From: Felis catus
Taxonomy: Eukaryota
Direction: 5' to 3'
Assembly (NCBI RefSeq): GCF_018350175.1
Contig: NC_058368.1
Location: 137,952,001 to 138,016,000 of the forward strand
DNA: 64,000 bases
Shown: positions 37,331-50,525 of the stretch, piece by piece
Position numbering within the stretch: the first letter of the stretch is position 1
How the letters are laid out: each line of letters opens with the position of its first letter
Notes under the pieces: generated by a model
Seen by the model: only the letters and a program-made list of their open reading frames with translations
What the model was told of the DNA's origin: nothing
The model's database searches: none
Translations under genes and position numbers: made by a program

Positions 37331-37959
37331 ACCAACCTCTCAGGATCCCCACCGCTTAGTTTCGACCCATATTTGCCCCTTCTACGACCACATTCTCGCT
37401 TGTGCACCGTTATTAATCCGCATCCCTCCGAGGCAATGGGCAAATTTCCATCTCTGTCTTTGCTAATGATGTTCCCTCGGTTTCGAATGCTGCCCTCACC
37501 CCGTGTGCTTGTGCTCATCTTAAGAGGTCAGTCTGTTTTGGTCTTATACGTCAAGGCCGAGCTGCAATGCACTGTGAGTCTTTCTGGGAGCCTCCCGGTT
37601 AGAATTAAAAATCTTTTTTGAGCGCTTAGTACTTTGTACGTTACTTACAGCATATATCTGTTATTCTGCGTCGGATTGTAGTAGTGTCTATTCATTTAGT
37701 TTCAGTTTCTCAGGCTGTGACCTCTCCCTGATCATTTTCTTACTCATTTTCACATCATTTCTTGCCTGCATGCCTTTGTATTGTGTCGTGTTCCCCCTCT
37801 CCCTTTCCTCCAGTGCTGTATCTCACTTTTATCTGGCAAACCACTACTACTCCTTACTTGTAAACATTTAAAGATTTACACTGTTTCTCTCGAGGCAGAG
37901 TTAGGTATTCCTTTGCCGATATTCTAGTAAGGGATGGCTTTGCCTGTATGCTAGTAAGG

Positions 37960-38310
37960 GAAGGAGCCGCAGGCTAAATCTGGGCAAGTGATGGTTTCTT
38001 TTCGCCTGCCAGTGAGCCTAGAATTGTTTTACAGGTAACTGTTTGCAATCTGTTTGATGCTAGGAAGCACTTTGAACCCGAAGTGAGTAAAATATTATTC
38101 CCCGCCTCCATAAATCTCATTCTTTTCATTTATAAACATAAAATTGTACTCATAATTATTTGGGGGGGGGGTTAGTAAAAAACTGGGATTTTTTTTTCTT
38201 GCTTGCTTTCTTGTAACAACATGATATTCTCCATTTTGCCTGTTGGCCAGCAAAGCTTAAGATATTTATCTTCTGGTTCCTTACAGAAGAAGTTTGTTGA
38301 CTCTCGCTGT
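37960..38310. mobile_element. MER58-like DNA transposon remnant
   Basis: Terminal motif ggttccttacagaagaagtttgttgactctc. Confidence 0.5.
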
Positions 38311-39374
38311 GTAGTAATGTTCATATTACAGACACCATTTGTGATTTTAATTTTGTGTTTTTCCATAGAACCCAACACAATGCTTTCTTTCCTTCCTTCC
38401 ACAAGTTTTCTTTGAGCACTTAAAAAAAATCTTCCAGGTACAAAATGTTCAGTTTAGTAGGAAAAAGAGATCATTACAAATGCAATTTTACTATGCACAG
38501 TGACAGAAATATGTAGAGTGAAGTAGGATTAGTTCACAGAAGGTTTCCTGGGGGGTGTGATTCTTGAGTTGAGCTTTAAATGATAAACAGCAAGTGGGTA
38601 GATGGAGGTCATTCCTGGCAAAAGAGGACAAATGAGCAAAGAATGAGAGAAGAAAGAGAATGCTGTGTTAAAAGGGAGTAACAAAGAAGTGAAGCTGGAA
38701 AGGTAAGCAAGGGCCAGATCACATGCCATGTTAGGGAGGTTAGACCTTTATTTTCAGGCAAGGTTGGGCTTTGTAGCAAAAGCTGGATCTTGCTGATGGC
38801 TATTTAAAAGATGAATGAGGGAGTCAGGAGCCCTTATACTGCACCATATCAGTAGATGAGAAGATCTGATTAGGGCAGTGGAACTTGGTAGAGTGGACAT
38901 GATGGAGGTTTAGAAAGATCTGGGAGGTAAAATCATCTTAACTACTTGGATGTTAAAAGTGAAGACGAAGGACAAGTCAAAGCTGATTCCATAGTCCTAG
39001 ATTCTGCCAATCACCACCTAAAATGGAGAATATTGGAGTGTGTGAAAGCACTGACCCATATCTGTTTTACTCAACATAGTATCTCCAGAGCCTAGAACAG
39101 TGCCCTATACAGTGTAGGTACTTGAATGAAAGAAACGTTTCCTTCCTTTTAATCATTGATTGCTGTGTTTCATGAAAATAGCCTTTAGCATATGCCATCC
39201 CTATTCATTTTGGTATTACTTATGCACTGTTACCAGGCTTTTTGGGATAGACAATGAGTTGCACCACTGATAACATGAATCTCTTTTACAGCTGAATAGT
39301 TCTGGAGAGATGTTTTGGCTTAATTCTATGTTAGTTAAAAGTATTAATTCATTTTTATCCTACTGTTTAAAAAA

Positions 39375-39805
39375 AATTATTTATTTATTTCTTCTTAGAG
39401 ATGGGGCAGAGAGGAGAGAGGGAGACAGAGAGAATCCCAAGCACGTTCCCCTGTCAGCACAGAGCCCTTTGTGGGGCTGAATCCCAAGAACCAGGAGAAC
39501 ATGACCTGAGCCGAAATCAAGAGTTGGATGCTTAATGACTCAGCCACTCAGGAGCCCCTTTTCTTAAATTTAATTTTAAGCTTCTCCGGGTTGCCTGGGT
39601 GTCTCAGTTGGTTAAGCGTCCGACTTTGGCTCAGGTCATGATCTCACCGTTCGTGAGCTCGAGCCCCGCGTCGGGCTCTGTGCTGACAGCCCAGAGCCTG
39701 AGGCCTGTTTCAGATTCTGTCCTCTCTCTGCCCCTCACCTGTGTGCACGCGCGCGCTCTCTCTCTCTCAAAGACTAAATAAACATTAAAAAAGAATTTAA
39801 AAAAT
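39375..39805. mobile_element. Head-to-head CAN-SINEs (39375-39558 minus, 39588-39805 plus) in UTP15 intron 1
   Basis: Two SINE bodies ~30 bp apart in opposite orientation; the plus copy has TSD aaattt(t)aattttaagctt. Confidence 0.88.
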
Positions 39806-40386
39806 TTTTAATTTTAAGCTTTTCCATTAGGATACTAGCTTTGTTTTCCTTCTTGGTATTTCTAAGGCTTTCAGGAAGTCAAGACCCTAGACTGTGTTCT
39901 TATAGATTGAATGCTATCTTAAATTTGGTTTCAGGAAACTTTTCTATTTGCAGTTTCACCTTAATGCTTTCTGTTGTTAAGAAATAAACAGTCCAAGCCA
40001 GTGCACTTCTGCTTTGGCTACTGGATGAATGGTTGAGCCAGACTTACTTCCAGGTGTTGTAAATTGGCTAGTTAGATGTGAGAATATTTGTGTACAGCTT
40101 ATGTGTATAGCTGAGTAGAGGGTGCACTCTGGTAGTCCTATCTGTATTCTACCTGCTTCCTTAAGGTTGTCTCTTCTGTGTTATAGTTAAATGGTTTATT
40201 GGTCACTAATCCTATAAGCTACCACACAGCCTTTTGAAAAGACACAAAGTGAAAGTTATACAGGTTTAAGAATAACGTGTATTTAAAATGTTTTCTTTTT
40301 CAGACATAAAGCAGAGTCACTGTAATTATTTCTAACATCAATTTCAAACTATTTATTCTTGGATAACAGTCCAATTATATGAAATT

Positions 40387-40476
40387 ATGGCTGGTTATAA
40401 GCCTGTAGCTATTCAGACGTATCCTATACTTGGTGAAAAAATCACCCAAGACACACTGTACTGGAACAACTATAAG
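40387..40476 (+). CDS. UTP15: UTP15 first coding exon (exon starts 40304)
   Basis: [30 protein letters not shown]|gtaagt. Confidence 0.95.
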
Positions 40477-43400
40477 GTAAGTGGAGATAGTAACGAGGGG
40501 GTTGTACTGATGCTCATTTCTCCAGCATATGTTATACTTTGGATACTGTAATAGAGAACTAATAACTAAAAGGAATCAATCAACAGTTCATAATTTGGGT
40601 AGAAAATTAGGTAGCTGATGTTTTTTCTTTTTTTTTTTTTTTTTTTAATTTTTTTTCAACTTTTATTTATTTTTGGGACAGAGAGAGACAGAGCATGAAC
40701 GGGGAAGGGACAGAGAGAGAGGGAGACACAGAATCGGAAACAGGCTCCAGGCTCTGAGCCATCAGCCCAGAGCCTGACGCGGGGCTCGAACCCACGGACC
40801 GCGAGATCGTGACCTGGCTGAAGTCGGACGCTTAACCGACTGCACCACCCAGGCGCTCCTTAGAATTTTTTATAAAAGTCCCTACTGCTTAATCATTTTA
40901 ATCGTACAAGGACCTAGCGCAGAATAGATGATTAATGAATGCCAAATGAATTAAATCTTAGAATTTGAATGTCATGCGAGAAAATTTTTTTTGCCTTTGC
41001 AAAACTAAGGAGAAAGTGATGCAGAATTAATTCTGCTAGACTATCTTTAAAAGCTTGAAAATTATTTTTTTTAAAAGATGAACACTAAATAGAAAAGTGG
41101 AAAAAGATTGGGATTGGGAGGTTAATGGAATAAGAAACTTAAATGACCAATAAATGTATAAAAGAGCTGTGGCTTCACTCATAAAGAAATGTCAGTTACC
41201 ACAAAATGTCAGTTACATAAAGAAATGTCAGTTACTTTTCATCTGTTATATTGGCACAAATGAAAAATTTTGATCATTGCTACTTGAGGGAGGAAAATTG
41301 ATGCAGACTTTCTGGAGGGCAGTTTCACATTATCTATCGTGATAAAAATACCTTTTGGCCATGTAAGTTCCACAGTTTGAAACTTACCCAAAGATTATAG
41401 TCCCCTAAATTTGCTGAGATACAGGTATATAGATGTTGATTAAAGTATTATTTGTAATGCTAGAAATTCTGGGAAAACCTGTGTCCCTTAGTAGCGGACC
41501 GGTAAAGTAAATTATGATGTACCCTATAATGGACGGCAAATCTATTGATCATATGAAAAATTAGCTGAGATGTGTAATTAAGTGAAAGGAAGCGAGGTTC
41601 AGAACAGCCTGCATGGTGTGATCTTTGTGTCAGTTACAGAATACATGGTTAAATGTATGCTGGCACAGGCATAACTTTTTCTCCCCAGTAATAATCACAG
41701 AAAACTCCACAGCTGAAGAGAAAGAGTGGAGTATGGTTTTCCAGCCATATAGTTATTTACTTTAATGACAGCCAGGATGGTCTGGGTGATGTTATTTTGC
41801 CCTTTTTTGCTTTTTCATACTTCTGTATTAGCTACAACCTAGTAAATGTTACTAAGAACAAAGTGAAACGATCGAGTAAGAAATTATGTAATGCTTGAAC
41901 AGTCTTACCAGTTGTAACTCTGTTAATACTTTGTATTTTGTTTTGTTAAGACCCCTGTTCAGATCAAGGAGTTCGGTGCAGTGTCAAAAGTAGACTTTTC
42001 TCCGCAGCCTCCATATAATTATGCTGTCACAGCTTCCTCGAGGGTAAATATAATACTACATTTATTTTTCTTTTGTGTCTTTATATGTACTACTGATCTA
42101 GAGGCATTTGGTTAAGTACTGTGTTTTTTATCTTTTCGTAGATTCACATTTATGGCCGATATTCTCAAGAACCTATAAAAACCTTTTCCCGATTTAAAGA
42201 CACAGCATACTGTGCTACTTTTCGTCAGGACGGTAGACTGCTTGTGGCTGGCAGTGAAGATGGTGGAGTTCAGCTTTTTGATATAACTGGGAGAGCTCCC
42301 CTCAGGCACTTTGAAGGCCATACTAAGTAAGAGCCAGTGTTTAAAAATTTAAAAACAATTTTTTTTTAACTGAGGTATAATTAACAAAACGTTATGTTAG
42401 TTTCAGTTGTATGTTCGATATTTGTATATGTTGCAAAATAATAAGTCTAGTTAACATCTGTCACCATATTGTTACAGACAGTTGGTTTTTATGTGTTCTT
42501 TGTTGTTTTGTTGTTGTAAGCTTTTTTGGTTTCTTTTTTTGGGGGGCTTTGAATAAAAACATAGAGAAGTTCTGTGAAGATTATGTACCTGTATATACTT
42601 TATTTCATGATTGTTCAAGGACAGAGTGCTTAATCTAGGCCAGTCCTATGGTCCAATTTGATGGGGCTCATGAATTCTGTAGAATTGTTTGTGACATTTG
42701 AAGAAATGTATGTTTTTCTGGGAAGATTTCCTATAGCTTTCATGTAATTTCTTAGTGAGTTCTGTGATCAGTCAAGGTTATAAACCACTGATCTAAAGGC
42801 ACCTCACAACTATGAATGAGAACTCTATAGGCTGAACTATAGTGGAGGTTCTCATTTTGAAGTCAAGTTGGAAGGTTGATTTTTACTTCTTGAATTTAAT
42901 ATTTTCCCCTTGATAAATGGTCAGGGCAATTTTATATTATAACTTTATATCAGAATTACCAATTTCAATTCTGACATTTGCTACTGATTTAAAAATCTGA
43001 AGTGTTTTTTACAGTGTATTATCAGGAAGGTCTTTTCTCATAAGTGAAACATTTAAAATATAACAAATTCACTTAACATGATCCTACTTAGTGTCAAGTC
43101 TTCTTAGAATTTTGTAAAGAACTACCCATTTTGAAATATTTTTTTTAAGTAAGTTTATTTATTTTGGGAGAGGGGGAGAGAGAGAATCCCAAGCAGGCTC
43201 TGTTGCTGTCAGCACAGAGCCTGACGTGGGACTCGATCCTAGAGACCGTGAGGTTATGGCCTGAGTTGAAATCAAGAATCAGAAGCTTAACTGACTGAGC
43301 CACGCAGGTGCCCCTGAAAATTTTTTTTAAGTGGTTATCCATTTATTTTGAGAGAGAGAGAGGGTGTGAGTGAGCGGGGGAGGGGCAGAGAGAGAATCCC

Positions 43401-46400
43401 AAGCATGTTCTGTGCTGTTAGCGCTCAACCAGCTGAGCCACCCAGGCGCCCATCCCCCATTTTGAAAGTTTTTAAATTAAAAGTACCTTTGCTCCAACAT
43501 TTAGAACGTTTACCTTTATTGAGCAGTTTTGTAGAATTGTTAACATATAGAAAATAACTTGTAAGGCTGTTGAATATTATTAACTTCATAGTGTAAGGGT
43601 ATTTAGAATTTTAAATTGGCTTAGGGATGGATATCTGTTTTAAAGATTTTTCTCTCATGATTTCCCCTTACAATTACTCCCTAAAACTGAGCTTTTTTTG
43701 TTATTTGGGGAAAAGCAGAGTTTTATGTTTTATGTTAGCTTTTTCTTGCTGTTTAACATATTGATCCTTAATTTTTTAGAGCAGTTCATACAGTCGATTT
43801 TACAGCTGACAAATATCATGTGGTCTCTGGGGCTGATGATTATACGGTTAAATTGTGGGATATTCCAAACTCCAAAGAAATTCTGACATTCAAAGAACAT
43901 TCTGATTATGTGAGGTGTGGATGTGCTAGCAAACTGAACCCAGATCTCTTTGTAACAGGTTGGTGAACTGTTTTTCCCTCCTGAAGTTGATCATTTTATT
44001 GCGATATAATTTGATGCTGCTTTGGGACTCTTTTGGGATAGAGCAATGTAAAAAATTTTATAAAGGAATATGTTTCTGTTTATCCAATTCTTTTCTTTTT
44101 CTTCTTTTGGTGATTGTTCTTACTGTCTTCCAAGTGTGTTTGGAAGCATAAGGCTTCCTTGAAAACATGAGTGTCTGAACTATGGTTTAGTACTCTGGTG
44201 TTCACAGAGCCTCCAAGCAGCTGAGAAACAAAGATAATGGAGTTCAGTCTTTGTGGGTGCTTGTGCAGAGGTTCCCAGGTGATTGAGTAGTGACAATAAC
44301 TTGAAGATGGGACTAGTTTAAGGTCCTATATGATATAGTATGGTATAGTAATGCTTTTTCAGAAATAATCAGTGGTCCCAGAGTTTGCAGGTACTTTGTC
44401 ATCATGAACGTATATACGTGTCTTTAAATTTTATTTAAGCCCTTTCTCCTTTTCAAATTTGTTTGCATACACACACGTATATTTAGTTTTTGTTGATTTG
44501 AGTAACGAAACTCACCTAATACCAAAATTGACATTTTAGGGTCATATGATCATACCCTCAAGATGTTTGACGCACGAACCAATAAGAGTGTGATCTCTGT
44601 TGAGCATGGGCAGCCAGTGGAGAGTGTCCTGCTCTTTCCCTCTGGAGGTCTTCTGGTATCAGCAGGTATTTTAAAAATTGCTTTTACCTATATAGTTGGT
44701 TTTGAGTCAGTTATGTCTTTATCAGTTACTTTTTATAATTTAATATTGTGCCCTTGAATTACATACCTAGGTTTTGCTCAATTGATAAACAGGACAAGCA
44801 AGTAGTTATTATTTATTGACTACCTAATGTGAGCCAGGTACTGGGCTCTTATATACAAATTATTGAGCCTAGAAGTGAGTGAGTTTTCTCCCTATTTTGC
44901 AACTAAGGAAATAAATAAAAGTTTTTAAAGTAATTTGTCCACGATAGAGTGGCAGATCTGAAATCCCAGAACTTGAGAGCCTGCATTGTGTATATAAGCC
45001 AGAAATCCAGGTTGTGTGCCTGTTATTCCTACCTAAGAGATCTTAGGTTGAAAGAGATCACAGTTCTTTCAATTCTAGAATCAGGCTTGTCTGTTTTTAT
45101 GTCTCTTGATTGAAGTGACTTTGTCCAGAAAATAGCCAGTAGTTCTGGAGGAGGGTATAATGTGGCGTTCAAAAGGGGTCTTGGTACGTTTTTCATCAAG
45201 CTGGAACTGAGGTATTTTTCTTTAATGTTGATCCTAGAGCATTTTCAAAATCAGAATGGAAGAAATAAATTGGCTTCTTTGATTTATCAAGTCAAAGTTA
45301 ATGTGTTGACATTAGAATACAAAGGTGGTGTGTATAATTCATAGCACGTATATGGCTGTGTGTATAGATTTTTTTTCTTAATTCTAAAACCCGAATAGAA
45401 ATTACCCTGTTTTGTACTTCTTCCCCAGTACCTGTTTAGTTTCAAAATAAATTGATGACATTGTCAGATGTGTCCATTTTTCTTGATGTTATTTTGAGAA
45501 ATGGAAACAAGCTGAATGGGGAGAATGGACACGTGTATGCTAATCTCCACTGTGTCACTAGCTAATTGTATGACCTTGGAAAATCCCTTAACTCCTGTAG
45601 ACTTGGAAAATGAGAGTTTGGATAGGATCACTTGTTTTAAACTGTGCTCTCATGAGCTGCCACATGCGGTGAGACAGGGACTATGAATTGGCTCCCAGGC
45701 CCCGTTTCCCAGTCAGGATAGGTAAGACCTTTGCTCCCCCCTCTCCAACTCATTCTTCAATTTTACCTTCTAGACTTCTGTGTAATATTTCATTGAAATA
45801 GAAGATGCTATAGTAAAAGAATTCTTTTTAAACTGTTAGATTAAATTGCCTTTAAGGACGCTTCTAACTCTTAGAGTAGAAGTGATAGGGAAATTTTTCA
45901 GTTTTGTTGGGATTCACAAACTTTTTAGGAAATAAAACTCTATTATTCATTTCTGTAGTGACCTTTCTTTTGCAGAATGATTTTATTACAATTTTCTTAA
46001 AATCCATTTTGGTTATACTTTTTATTTTGTAGGCAGTTCTGTGAACTTTACAGGTATGCAATAATTTTTCGTTGTAACAGTTCTTCATGGTAGGAACTAT
46101 TTGTTATCGTTGGTTACAAACTCAATGAATGATAGAGACAGCATTGAAACCAGGCAGTTTTGCAGAACCCTTCACTTCACCTCCATGCTGTGCAGTGTCT
46201 AGTAAAGAATGCTTTTCAAATCTTGAAACTATTGAATGTATAGGCAGAATTTCAAACTAATGATGATTTCTTTCTATAGGAGGTCGTTATGTTAAAATCT
46301 GGGACGTACTAAAAGGAGGACAGTTGCTAGTATCTTTGAAAAATCATCATAAAACTGTGACATGTTTATATCTGAGCAGCTCTGGACAGAGGTTACTCTC

Positions 46401-47505
46401 TGGGTCACTGGATAGGTTAGCATTTTCATTTTCTTTCCTTATTATTGGTATTGTAGAAATATTTACTGCTTGAGAAGATGAGTTATTTCTGCAGTATTTG
46501 TGATGAAATAAATGTTCTGTCAAATGACTTCTTTGAAAATCTGTTGAGTTGAAAATAGTTTTGACCTTTTATTTACAATACAGTTAACTTATTTTCTCAC
46601 TTGACAAAATTTAGTGCGTTAACTTGCATACTTAAGGAATTTTATTGAACCATTTGAACGTTAATCTTTAAAATAGTCTATGTTATTCTGTGGCTTTAAA
46701 AATCCTTTGTGTATATATTTGTATATTTTAAAAGATTTCTTCTGAGTGTATGTATACATTCTAGCTTATATTCTTCAAAAGTTAAAATTGTATGTGAAAA
46801 TTTCTATACTTGAACGTGATTCAAATGTTCCTTTTTTATATAAGCATTAGTATTCCATTAGTTAAAGTTCTAGAACAGTGCTGGCCAACAGAAATAAGAT
46901 GTGGGCTACATATGTAGTTTTAAATACTGTAGTAGCCACAGAAAGGCAAAAGGAACTAGGTAAAATTAATTTAATAATACGTTTCATTTAGTTCAGTGTA
47001 TCTAAAATATCATTTCAACACGTAATCCGTGTAAAAATTATTACCAAGAGACTAGAGACAAATTAAGCATCCAATATGTGCCCTATGATGTGGTAATTTA
47101 TAGTGATTAAAGTGAAATATAGTTTTGTTTAACAGAAAAGTGTTTTAATACTGCCTCAGTTTTAAAATTAAAATAATTAAAATCAAGTAAAATTGAAAAT
47201 TTGGCTCTTCATTTTCATAACCACCCTTCAAGTGCTCAGTAGCATGTGGCTAGAACTATGGCACAGTTCTTGTAGTTACTTACATTTGTTTGTTTTTGGT
47301 CATTTTGTTTCCATATTTCCTATTTTCACTATTATGGAAAGCCTTGGTTTTTCAGTATGCTTAATACATATTTTAAAAGCTAGAAAATATTTTAAACAGA
47401 AAGGAACTTATTATGTAAATAGGTAGCAGATTCTCTGAAATGGTGTTACTAGGCAATTTGGGACTCGAGTTTAAAAAAAACTTTTTTTAAATGTATGTTT
47501 ATTTT

Positions 47506-47543
<38 letters not shown>

Positions 47544-50474
47544 TGCAAGTGGGGGGGGGGGTGAGGCAGAAAGAGAGGGAGACACAGAATCTGAAGGAGC
47601 CTCCAGGCTCTGAGCTGTCAGCACAGAGCCCGATGCAGGGCTTGAACTCATGGATTGCAAGATCGTGTCCTGAGCTGAAGTCGGACGCTTAACCAACTGA
47701 GCCACCCAGGCGCCCCTGGGACTCAGGTTTTAGATGTGTCCCTCAAAAATCAAGTGTGAGTTGGCTCTGTTCACGGTTCTCAGCCCACAGTGACTTGTGT
47801 CTCCAAGAGGATGCATGGCAGCAGCTGGAGACATTTTGGGTTGTTGGCACCAGTTGGGAGTGGTGAGCTGCTGGCCTGCAGTGGGTAGTGGTTCAGGATG
47901 CTGCTGAGCTTCCTGCAGTGCACAGAACAGCCTCCACAACACAGACTGATCTGGCCCATGGTGCAGAGCATGCTAACGTTGAGAAACCCTGCTCTTTTGA
48001 CTTCAGTGGGCTTTGATACTTTTTCTTTACTCTCACGTGTCATCTTCAGGCTATGTGGGTTCGCGGTCTGTTCTTCTGGTGACCAGTCAGGTCTTTGTAC
48101 AGACATGGCTAGTGCTGACAAACAGCTCAGTTGTAAAAGATTCAGTGATGAATTAGTTTGCAGTTAATATTATTAATTGTTATTTTCCTTCATTGATGTG
48201 TAAAATTTAATGTTTATATATTTCTAAAAAGTAGAAAATTTGCATTTTATACTCCTTTCCAAGGTGATTTATGACAAACCTTTCCTTTTTATCAGGAAGG
48301 TGAAAATATATAGCACGACTTCCTATAAAGTAGTCCACAGTTTTGATTATGCAGCTTCAATTTTGAGTCTTGCACTTGCAGTAAGTATTTTTAGCCCTTT
48401 TTAAAGCTTTCACTAACATTGTTGAGTGAAACTGAAATGGAATTTTACAGTTTATCTTTGTACTTGAATAAATCTTATTTTCTTCTGGCCACATGAAATA
48501 GTTAAGACAGTTGCTATTATATGACTTGTCCCAGTAATTTAGTATGAATTGAGATTTAGGTCTTGTTCACCATACAGCTTCAAACCGAGTACAGCTGTAG
48601 GCATTGTTAACTCTAAAGACAGGATCTGGGAAATTGTTAAATCTCTTTTCAACACATTTAACTTAGGGTTAACATACTCTAGAAAGTCACATTGGCTCTC
48701 TGAGGGGAAAAAAAAAGAGGAGAGAGAGAAGGAGATAACAAAGTGAACGTGCTTGTCTTTGTTGACGCTCTTTCTGGAATGTCCACTGTCAAGTTTCATG
48801 AGCCGTGGAAGAAGAGGAAATTTGAATACATCATATAGAAATCTGAATTAGAAGAGGAAAAGCTTATTATAAAATATTCTCTTGGCCAGACTGTGGAAAG
48901 TCATGCCATCACACAATCCTTTTCCTAGTAAGAGGATGTAGGAAAAAAATTATTTTAGAAGTTCCCCAAGATGTCATTAATTCTGTATTATTGTACAAAG
49001 TGCCAGTGTTAATTTACACTGGATATAACATGTTCTATCAGTAAAATCATATCCTGGAAGAAAAAATGATTTGTTCTGACTTTTTGCATAGATCATTGTT
49101 AGGCAAAGTATCTCTATCTGAATGGAACTCTTGTGAAAGTGCGGATAAGCAGAAAACGCTTTATACATGGTGTTTTGAAGAAAAAGTAAAGTAAATGATG
49201 TGTTAGGAATAGACTAACGTATATTTCTAATTGCTTTTAGCATGAAGATGAGACAATAGTTGTGGGAATGACCAATGGAATACTAAGTGTTAAACATAGG
49301 AAATCTGAAGCAAAGAAGGATTCTCTTCCCAGGAGAAGAAGGCCTGCGTATCGAACTTTTATTAAAGGAAAAAATTACATGAAGCAACGGGTATTTGTGT
49401 ATTTCTCACATTTTCTTTTTAGATGGTGTAGTTTGTTAGAGTAGCCAACTCCGTCCCTGCACGTTACTGGAACGTGTAGTTCACATGGCATTTAGCTTTA
49501 TTTTGCTTTTGTCTACATTAGCTCTCTCTCCAGATTGCTAGATTGGGAACATTATTAATAAGTACTAGGGGGGCGCCTGGGTGGCACAGTCGGTTAAGCG
49601 TCCGACTTCAGCCAGGTCACGATCTCGCGGTCCGTGAGTTCGAGCCCCGCGTCAGGCTCTGGGCTGATGGCTCAGAGCCTGGAGCCTGTTTCCGATTCTG
49701 TGTCTCCCTCTCTCTCTGCCCCTCCCCCGTTCATGCTCTGTCTCTCTCCCAAAAAATAAATAAACGTTGAAAAAAAAATTAAAAAAAAAAAATAAGTACT
49801 GGGGAATAAGGAGTACTTTAATATCCTGGATCATTATAATGTTACAGTATTTTACTGTATTCAAAAACAATATCTTTCATATGGTATCTGATTGAATGTC
49901 CTAAACAACCCTGGACAGTAGCAGAGCCAGTTATATCCCCATTTGGCATCTGAGGAGATGGAGATACAAAGAAGTTATGGTCTATGTAGCATTTCGTTAC
50001 TGGTTACCAGAGTTGTTGGGACTAGATCTGTTTCTCACATTCTTGGTTTCTCTTTCTGCTAGGTCACGTAGGCTGCCAGAGAACTGAAATGAGTAATATT
50101 TGCCCAGAGTGAGGTGTTGTGTATATGTTATAAGTTAAGTCATAGGAGAGTTAATAATACATTGATGTGGCAAAGTATTCCATTTTCAATTAGTCTGCAT
50201 TCTTGGCATATGCCTGGTATTTATTACGCAGTTCAGGGTCACCCTGGTGTAAAAAAATACCACTATGAAAAAATTTGTTTTCAATGCAACTCTATACAGA
50301 AACTGATTTTTCTTTATAAATTTGCTTTGTAATACAGGATGACATTTTGATCAACAGGCCATCAAAGAAACACCTAGAATTATATGACAGGGATCTGAAA
50401 AATTTCCGGGTCTCTAAAGCACTTGACAGAGTCCTTGAGGTAAGTGAGGAGCATGTATACATACATACAATATG

Positions 50475-50525
<51 letters not shown>

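Noticed and set aside
36402..37621. Several Pro/Gly/Arg-rich ORFs in the promoter
   Set aside because: Expected by-product of the GC-rich CpG island, where stop codons are scarce.
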